Shown piece by piece: positions 44,610 through 51,019 of a DNA stretch of 51,019 nucleotides. Source of the DNA: a virus (taxonomy: Duplodnaviria; Caudoviricetes); IMG/VR virus record IMGVR_UViG_3300037264_001118, positions 1-51,019 of that record. One strand, given 5' to 3'. Numbering within the stretch: position 1 is the first letter of the stretch; each line of letters begins with the position of its first letter. Under the pieces are notes generated by a model. That model had not been told where the DNA came from and did no database searches. It saw only the letters and a list, made by a program, of their open reading frames with translations. Both the position numbers and the translations under genes were made by a program.

Positions 44610-45104
44610 ATGGTGACGGTCAACGCGACCCCTTCCGACCCGGCGGCGAATTCGTATTTAACGCCGACCGAAGCCGACGCCCTTTTCGAAGGGTTTTCGG
44701 GTCAAGACGCTTGGGACGAACTGGACGAAGATACCCAATGCCAACTTTTGTTGGAGGGTACGCGCCTTGTCGATTCGTACAAGCGTTGGGGTCCGGTTCG
44801 TGTTGAAGGGCAACGGCTGGCGTTCCCCCGGGTCATGGACGCCGAAGCCGTAATCCCCGAACCCGTCCGCCTTGCCCTTGTGGAGTTCCTGAATTACAAA
44901 GTTGACGGCCAGCTTGAACCCTTGAAGAAACTTCAGGCCGAAGGCGTAACGTCGGCTTCCATCTTGGGCCAGTCTTCCAATTTCAAAGAAGACCCTTCGC
45001 GGCTCCCCGCGCCCGCCCGAAACATGTTGGACGAACTTTGGTTTTCCCATTGGCCGAAGTCGGTTGGGAATCGTGACGCGACCGACTGTTCCTTTTTCGG
45101 ATAG
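44610..45104 (+). CDS. Head-tail adaptor (DnaT-like family)
   Basis: ANSYLT..EAD..QRLAFPR..IPEPV motif, after the capsid gene. Confidence 0.75.
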   Translation: MVTVNATPSDPAANSYLTPTEADALFEGFSGQDAWDELDEDTQCQLLLEGTRLVDSYKRWGPVRVEGQRLAFPRVMDAEAVIPEPVRLALVEFLNYKVDGQLEPLKKLQAEGVTSASILGQSSNFKEDPSRLPAPARNMLDELWFSHWPKSVGNRDATDCSFFG

Positions 45105-45107
45105 ACC

Positions 45108-45494
45108 ATGCTTGATGTTACTTTCAACGAATCCGTAACGGTACGGCGGATAAAACCGCAAACCCGTACCGCTACGAATTCAGTTGAATATGAGGAACTG
45201 AAGGACGAAGGCGGGTTCCCCATCCCCGTTCGTTGCCGGATCGAACGGCGCAAGCGGCGGGTCCATGGTCTTGAAGGCGTGGAGTTGGACGCCGACGCGA
45301 CCCTTGTTTATCGCGTTGACAAGTCGCCGGAAATCAAACCGGAAGACCTAATCTATTTGGGCCGGACCAAGGAAGTTTGGCGGGTCTTGACCCACGAAAC
45401 GGCGGACTTGCTTTTCTGTTCCAAGGCCAATTATGGACGGCTGGCGTTGCAGTTCTCGCGCCAAACCGTCCCGGGGGATTGGCCGAATGCCTAA
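45108..45494 (+). CDS. Head closure protein
   Basis: Size and synteny. Confidence 0.6.
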   Translation: MLDVTFNESVTVRRIKPQTRTATNSVEYEELKDEGGFPIPVRCRIERRKRRVHGLEGVELDADATLVYRVDKSPEIKPEDLIYLGRTKEVWRVLTHETADLLFCSKANYGRLALQFSRQTVPGDWPNA

Positions 45495-46014
45495 GAAGCC
45501 TTTTATTTCAATCGACGTTGGGCGCGTCAAGGCCGACCTTGTGAAAGCCGGGAAGGTTCTTGAAGGGCTGGACGAATCCATTGAACGGGCTTTGCGGCAA
45601 GCCATGGTCGAATATATGAACGACGTTCAGGCCGACGCCCAACAGAAAGCCCCCATCGGGGATACGGGCGACCTTCGCGCCAGCGCGACCACGACCGACC
45701 CGATAGAAGAAGGAAACGGCGTGGTCGTGTTTACGGCCTTCAACTTGGTTTACGCGGCCCTTCGGGACCAAGGGACCAAGGGCTTACCCGGGGGAGTTAT
45801 TCGCCCGGTTAGGGCCAAGCGGCTATTTATCCCGCTTCGAAAGGGAGTTCGTCCCGGCGACCCGAACTTGATTCGGGGCGTGGACTTCGTGCTTGCCAAG
45901 GAAGTTCGGCAACAGGGCAACGGTTACTTAACGGCGACCTTCAACGAACGTAAGGTTAATGCCGCGCAACTTATCGGGCAACGCATCTTCGAACTTGTAA
46001 GGGCTGGCGCATGA
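45487..46014 (+). CDS. HK97 gp10-like neck/tail completion protein
   Basis: AQQKAPIGDTGDLRAS..YA..GT..YL motif. Confidence 0.75.
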   Translation: MPKKPFISIDVGRVKADLVKAGKVLEGLDESIERALRQAMVEYMNDVQADAQQKAPIGDTGDLRASATTTDPIEEGNGVVVFTAFNLVYAALRDQGTKGLPGGVIRPVRAKRLFIPLRKGVRPGDPNLIRGVDFVLAKEVRQQGNGYLTATFNERKVNAAQLIGQRIFELVRAGA

Positions 46015-46490
46015 AGACTAATTCGCGCGTCACTCTGTCCGGGTTCGAACTGGCTTTGGTCGATTGGATTTCGTCCAACGTGCTTTGTTCTTGCGGTTCC
46101 CCGGCTCCGGGCCGAAACCTTTTCGTTTCGGATATGCCCGAATCGGAAGACCTAGCGCACGACTTCCCCGACTTCGACAACAACAAAGAAGTTACGTTGG
46201 CGGTCTACACGGACCCCGGCCTTGGGGTCCAGCCCGGCCCGGGTCGCGGCTCCCGCATGGAATGGAACGTCCGGCTTGTTCTCCGGTTCGGCATCGTTCC
46301 CGAAAACGCGAAGCGCGAGTTGGAAGAAGTCATTTCCCAAATCTTGAAGAAGAGTCCCGGTCAAAAAATGGGAGGGTTCATAGCAAAGGGGGTGAACATT
46401 AATTCCCGTCCTACGGTCTTCGCGCGTCAAGGGGACGGCCACGCTTACACGACTTGCGCCTTAAAGTTTTTCGTCGTCACGGTTGGATAA
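46011..46490 (+). CDS. Tail terminator protein
   Basis: Synteny before the tail tube gene; NLFVSDMP. Confidence 0.6.
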   Translation: MKTNSRVTLSGFELALVDWISSNVLCSCGSPAPGRNLFVSDMPESEDLAHDFPDFDNNKEVTLAVYTDPGLGVQPGPGRGSRMEWNVRLVLRFGIVPENAKRELEEVISQILKKSPGQKMGGFIAKGVNINSRPTVFARQGDGHAYTTCALKFFVVTVG

Positions 46491-46505
46491 TTTGGAGGAA
46501 TGCCC

Positions 46506-47321
46506 ATGGCGGATCGGAACATCAAGCCTTCGGACCCGCGCAACTATCAGTTGCCCGGTTCCGTTTGTCTCTTCTTCAGGAAGAAGGGGAGTTCGTCCTA
46601 TGCCGATTGGAAGTCGGTTGGCAACATCATTGACCCGGCCATTGCCGCCGAAATCGAACGGTTGGAACACTTCAGCCAACGGCGCGGGCTCCGGGCCAAG
46701 GACCGGGAAGTTGTGTCGGAGCGTTCGGCAACGCTGAACTTCAGCATTGACGAAATCTCCCGCGACACGCTGGAATTTATGTTCGGCACGGAAGACGCCC
46801 ATTCCGATTCAACGGTCAACGTTCCCAACGAAGGTATCTTCACGAACCCGGGCGGCGGTTTTACAATCGACCTTGGGCCGAACGCGGACGGCCTGATTGC
46901 CGCGTCCGTCGTGGTTCGTAGTATCAACCTTGAACCCGCCGCCGGGCCTACGATCTTCGCCACGCCCGCCGCTTACACGATTGACGCCCCTAACGGGGAA
47001 CTGGACATCGTGGCGGCTGGCCCGTTGGACCCCGGCCCGTCCGAAGTCCACGTCTTTTGGGAAAAGACCGTCAATACCCAAAAGTTCGAAATCTTCCCCG
47101 GCTCCAACGTCGAAGGGGAAGCCAAGTTCGGCGTTATGACGCCGGGCGGAATCCAATACATTTTGGAAATGAAGTCCGTTTCTATCACGAACAACGGGGA
47201 TATCACGATTGGCGACGGCACGGCTTTTCAGGAAGTCGCCCTTTCGCTGAACATCCTTGCGGACGTGAACGGCGAACTTGGTACGTTGCATATTGTGGAC
47301 GACGCGGATTCGTTCGCTTAG
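46506..47321 (+). CDS. Major tail (tube) protein
   Basis: Position, acidic beta-rich sequence, and no sheath gene (non-contractile tail). Confidence 0.75.
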   Translation: MADRNIKPSDPRNYQLPGSVCLFFRKKGSSSYADWKSVGNIIDPAIAAEIERLEHFSQRRGLRAKDREVVSERSATLNFSIDEISRDTLEFMFGTEDAHSDSTVNVPNEGIFTNPGGGFTIDLGPNADGLIAASVVVRSINLEPAAGPTIFATPAAYTIDAPNGELDIVAAGPLDPGPSEVHVFWEKTVNTQKFEIFPGSNVEGEAKFGVMTPGGIQYILEMKSVSITNNGDITIGDGTAFQEVALSLNILADVNGELGTLHIVDDADSFA

Positions 47322-47371
47322 TCCGGGGTCTATTGATGGGCAGGGCATAGACAAAGAAAGGGGGGCGTTAG

Positions 47372-47836
47372 ATGGAAACGCCCATGCTAAAAAATGCCGA
47401 AGGCGAAAAGGGACAGGGCTTCGGGCTTTTGCCTGAAGCCCTGTCCAACCGCCGGAAGGTAGTCAAGGCCGGGGAAAGTACGGTTGTTGTTGAAAAGTGG
47501 TCGGCTCAAAAGCTGATCCTTATTATCAACTACGTATCCGGCGCAATCGCGGGCCTTTCGGATTCGACGTTGCGGAGCATCGGCACGGATGCGCGAACCG
47601 CCGCAACGTCCATGATTTCCGTTCTTGGCGAAAAGGTTTTGGGCCTTGTGGAACTGTCCGTCCGGCTGGAAGACCGGGCCAAGATCAAGGACATGGACGG
47701 CGAAGAGTTCTTGGACGTGTTAGAAGCCGTAATGGATTTGAACCTTACGGAGAGTTTCATAAAAAAAGTAAAGGGGCTCATGGCAAAGTTAAAGCCGTTG
47801 TCAACGGGCAACGGGCCGAATACCCAATCGAAGTAG
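47372..47836 (+). CDS. Tail assembly chaperone (gpG-like)
   Basis: Between tail tube and tape measure; contains a slippery site. Confidence 0.75.
   Translation: METPMLKNAEGEKGQGFGLLPEALSNRRKVVKAGESTVVVEKWSAQKLILIINYVSGAIAGLSDSTLRSIGTDARTAATSMISVLGEKVLGLVELSVRLEDRAKIKDMDGEEFLDVLEAVMDLNLTESFIKKVKGLMAKLKPLSTGNGPNTQSK
47761..47767 (+). other. -1 programmed frameshift site A AAA AAA
   Basis: In-frame heptamer; the -1 frame stays open to 48231. Confidence 0.75.
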
Positions 47837-48231
47837 CCATGGGCCTTTTGTGTAAGTCGGGTATCGCTTCGATGGGTGATTTGTTGGACCTTGACGGAGT
47901 TTGGGACGAACAGTTGATGGGCCTTATGCTCCCCGTAGCCATGGAACTTCAAGCGGACGACGCCCAAATACAGTTCGGGGCCGTGTCCGCCGCCGTGTCG
48001 CAACTGGCCGGGGGCAAAGCCGCCCGGGAGTTCAGGGCGGGCCTTGGCCGTATCCGTGACCAAGCCCGTAAGTCCATGCGCGCGGCCCGGGGCTTGGATA
48101 ACACGGACGAACGGATTACGTCCGCCGCCGATTCCATGTTGGAACTTGCGAAGCGGTTAAAGATACGGGTTCCCATCAAGAAAAAGTCCGCCCCGTCCGC
48201 GCCCACTAAAATACATGGGGGGCCTAAATAA
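47761..48231 (+). CDS. Frameshift extension of the tail chaperone (gpGT-like)
   Basis: -1 frame ORF ending at the TAATG overlap with the tape measure gene. Confidence 0.7.
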   Translation, partial: KKSKGAHGKVKAVVNGQRAEYPIEVAMGLLCKSGIASMGDLLDLDGVWDEQLMGLMLPVAMELQADDAQIQFGAVSAAVSQLAGGKAAREFRAGLGRIRDQARKSMRAARGLDNTDERITSAADSMLELAKRLKIRVPIKKKSAPSAPTKIHGGPK

Positions 48232-50552
48232 TGGCGGGTCCGCCGTTTGAAGCTGGTTCGATCCTGATTGCCCTTCGTGCAAGCGCGGAGAATTTGCAAA
48301 AGGAAATCGGGAAGGCGAATCAAACCCTTCAACAGTTTGGAAAGGAAGTCCAAACCGTCGCCACAAAGACGGAGCAAACTACTTCCAAGGTCGTTGACGG
48401 TTTCTCCGCGATAGACCGGAAGACCCTTCAGCTTACGGCGAGAATCGCGCAATTCTCCCAAAGGCTGTTGGGTCTTCAGTTTATCCTACAATCGTTCGCG
48501 GCTTCGTCGGGGCAAAGCGGCGAAGGGCTGGACAAGTTCAGGGAGAAGACCCAAGGCGCGGTTGCCGCCCTTACGACGTTCGCGGGAATCGTGACCCTGT
48601 TTCCGAACAAGATTGGTTTGATCGTCGGGGCTATTGCCGCGCTTGCAATCCTGATAGCCGACTTGGTTAAGCAATTCAACCAAGCAAGTGAAGCCGTAAA
48701 GCGCGTGGAGCAAGCCGCCGCCGACATTGACAAATTGCGCGCCGACCGACTTAAAAAACAGTCCGAAGAAGAAATCCGAATCAACCAACTTCGTTTGGCC
48801 GGGGTCAAGGACGCGGGCAACGCGGAGCAACGGCTTACTTCTATCATCGAATCCCAAAAGGCTTTGGCGGAAGAGATAACCAAGACCGAAGCCGCACGAC
48901 TTCAGGCCGTCAAGGACCGGGCGGAAGTTGAAGCCCGCATAACCGAAGACATTAGGCGCAATCCCACGCGGGTTATTTCGGCGGACGAATTCGGCAACGT
49001 GGTTGAAGTGGCCCGCAACTTGGGCGAAGAACTGGCGGACAACAAAGAAATTTCCCGCTTAACTCAAGAGTCCACGAAGCTAGGGGCCGCGCTTGGTAAG
49101 GCGCGCGAAGAATTCATCAAGTTCGGCAAGGAAGCGGAAGACATTCAAAACAAAGTCAAACTTGACGAAAAGTTTGACGACGCCATTAAAGCCTTTATCG
49201 GGTTCGGAAGCCAAGCGGCCCGGGTCAAGGTCCAGCTTGAACAGGGGTTGCTTACCCCGGCGGAAGCGGCGTCGGCACAACTAAGCATTGCCCGCGCGGA
49301 ACTGGAAACGTTTATCGCGCTTGGGGCCAACGCTTCAAAGCGGATCGGCGCAACCCTTATCGACACGAAGCCCGGAGAATCGGCGTTTGACGCCCTTACC
49401 CGAAGGGTTTTGGAGTTGCAAGCGGCGGCTAAGGGAATTGAAATCAAGGCCCTGTCCGAAACGGAGTTGCGGAAATCCATTGAAGCCTTCCGGCAAATTG
49501 GCGTCGAACTGGATAAGGTCGGGCGCGACGTGGGGGCCGGGTTGCTCACGCCCGCGCAAGGCGTAGAAGCCGCGTTGACCAACGCCCGGGACCAATTGCG
49601 GGCGTTCTTGGATGCAACCCAAGACCAGCAATTACAAATTGCCGTGGAAGTCTTGGGCGTGGATTCGGCGGAAGAAGCAATCCAGCGGTTGACCGTTTCC
49701 CTTCAGGAAGCGGAAGAAGCGGCCAAGCAAATTAAGTTGGACGAACAACAAGCGGAGAGTTTCCGCGAGTTCCAACGGGTTGTGGAAGCCACGCCCGAAG
49801 CCTTGGGCGAAGTCGAAGCCCGTTTGAAAAAGGGTTTTATTACACCCCTGCAAGCCGCCGAACAACGCGCCCGGTTGCTGGAAGACGCCATAATCCGGGT
49901 CGGGGAAGCGGCGTCCAAGGTCGAAGGGCCTAGGCTGTCCGAAGCCTTGGAAGAAGCGTCGGTCGAAGTGGACCGCTTGCTTTCGGAGTTGGAGAAGGAC
50001 CGACAGATTATCGCGGACGTACAAATCCGCCAAGACTTCCAAGAATCTTTCGCGGAGCCCTTTAGCGCGGCTGTCGGGGACGCCATTACGCGGGGCATTC
50101 TTGAAGGCCAAGACGCTATGGAAGTATTGGCGAACGTGGGCGAAAACCTGTTCACCAACTTCTTAAATGACGCCGTGGCCGGGTTTCAAAAGGGCATGAC
50201 GGCGGCTTTAACCGCCGTCGCGGGCGCGGGCGGGGAAGCCCTAGGGGGCCTACTTAGCGCGGCGGTCGGCATTGCCGGGTTTTTCCTTTCAGGAAGGGAC
50301 GACCAAGATACCAACCAATCCTTCAACGACGTGAACGGCCAAGTTGAATCAACCCAAGCGGTACGCGGGGTCGTTGCCGGGCCGGAATCGGTTTCAATCG
50401 CGGCGGTCGGGGAAAACTTGCGGCGGGCCATGGTCGGGGTCGAAGCCCGGTTGGACGCGCTTATCCGTGTTTCTGTTCAGATTAGGGACGGTCAAGGGGT
50501 TGGGGGTACGTCGGACGGTACGCCTTACGCCGGGTCCGTTCCGACTTCGTAG
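48231..50552 (+). CDS. Tape measure protein (773 aa)
   Basis: AGSILIALRA N-terminus, long helical repeats, hydrophobic segments, after the chaperone pair. Confidence 0.85.
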   Translation: MAGPPFEAGSILIALRASAENLQKEIGKANQTLQQFGKEVQTVATKTEQTTSKVVDGFSAIDRKTLQLTARIAQFSQRLLGLQFILQSFAASSGQSGEGLDKFREKTQGAVAALTTFAGIVTLFPNKIGLIVGAIAALAILIADLVKQFNQASEAVKRVEQAAADIDKLRADRLKKQSEEEIRINQLRLAGVKDAGNAEQRLTSIIESQKALAEEITKTEAARLQAVKDRAEVEARITEDIRRNPTRVISADEFGNVVEVARNLGEELADNKEISRLTQESTKLGAALGKAREEFIKFGKEAEDIQNKVKLDEKFDDAIKAFIGFGSQAARVKVQLEQGLLTPAEAASAQLSIARAELETFIALGANASKRIGATLIDTKPGESAFDALTRRVLELQAAAKGIEIKALSETELRKSIEAFRQIGVELDKVGRDVGAGLLTPAQGVEAALTNARDQLRAFLDATQDQQLQIAVEVLGVDSAEEAIQRLTVSLQEAEEAAKQIKLDEQQAESFREFQRVVEATPEALGEVEARLKKGFITPLQAAEQRARLLEDAIIRVGEAASKVEGPRLSEALEEASVEVDRLLSELEKDRQIIADVQIRQDFQESFAEPFSAAVGDAITRGILEGQDAMEVLANVGENLFTNFLNDAVAGFQKGMTAALTAVAGAGGEALGGLLSAAVGIAGFFLSGRDDQDTNQSFNDVNGQVESTQAVRGVVAGPESVSIAAVGENLRRAMVGVEARLDALIRVSVQIRDGQGVGGTSDGTPYAGSVPTS

Positions 50553-50564
50553 AAAGGAAAAGCC

Positions 50565-51019
50565 ATGTCGGATTATTCGCTTGTGCAACGTGGCCTAATC
50601 AGCGCGACCAGCGCGGACGGGGCCGGGCCGAAGGACGCAACGCTTGCGTCGGCTGTCAAGCCCGCGTCAACGTTCGTCGTGGGGTTCGTGCGCGACCGTC
50701 GCCGGAACACGTTCGTTCAGCGCGGGCAAATCGCGGCGGCGAACCCCGACGTTTCCCCCAAGGATTCCGCCGCGTTCACGGCGGTTGACACGACCGCCGC
50801 GCACGTTACCGCAACGTGGAAAGAGAACCGCGCGGGCAACGCCCGGGGCGCAACCCTGAAGTTGCTTTCTTCCACCCAAGTTCGGATGGAGTGGGACGGC
50901 GTTCTTGCCGCCGCCGAAACCCTTACGGGGGAATTCGAAGTCGTGGAACACAAGCCCCGACGCGGGGCCTTCATGCGGCTACTGAACGCGACGACCGTTC
51001 GCTTGGAATGGGACGGCGC
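50565..51019 (+). CDS. 5' part of a putative tail protein spanning the junction (50565..50774 joined to 1..600, ~269 aa)
   Basis: RBS gaaagga then ATG at 50565 (MSDYSLVQRG...), open to the end and in frame with position 1. Directly follows the tape measure gene. Confidence 0.8.
   Translation, partial: MSDYSLVQRGLISATSADGAGPKDATLASAVKPASTFVVGFVRDRRRNTFVQRGQIAAANPDVSPKDSAAFTAVDTTAAHVTATWKENRAGNARGATLKLLSSTQVRMEWDGVLAAAETLTGEFEVVEHKPRRGAFMRLLNATTVRLEWDG
50775..51019. repeat. Terminal direct repeat, right copy
   Basis: Starts ttcacggcggttgacacg at 50775 and ends ggacggcgc, as does 1-245. Confidence 0.95.

Overview
This window is an apparently complete, circularly permuted genome of a GC-rich tailed dsDNA phage. 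Bases 1-245 repeat at 50775-51019 in the middle of a gene, giving a unit length of about 50,774 bp. All credible genes are on the + strand, and I found no integrase or classical repressor, so it is probably lytic. The early/replication arm (about 8.3-28.8 kb) has DUF6011 and DUF932 proteins, an SNF2-like helicase, RuvC, a family-4 UDG, a PD-(D/E)XK nuclease, an AAA ATPase, a DUF669 SSB, a family-A DNA polymerase, a primase/AAA+ helicase fusion, an HNH protein, many small ORFs, three tRNAs and tRNA-like elements. The late arm (about 28.9 kb through the junction to 7.9 kb) has TerS/TerL, a portal, a 6.3 kb fibre/LamG/nuclease insert, minor head, methyltransferase, protease, scaffold, decoration, capsid, neck, tail tube, a frameshifting chaperone, tape measure, tail tip, a GT2 glycosyltransferase and membrane proteins, with no recognisable endolysin. 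The most unusual signals are: (1) a repeated early cassette with a 16-bp-spacer promoter, a palindromic operator and an in-frame leaderless AUG hairpin leader; (2) two ~125-bp inverted-repeat elements with an AT-rich core, one at each arm boundary; (3) a ~170-nt structured RNA after the portal gene; (4) a shared KRRVVVRR-type terminal peptide on unrelated proteins; (5) a self-nested tail domain; (6) tRNAs matching an unusual GAA/CAA/TTG codon preference. All family calls come from recognising motifs by eye, not from database searches.
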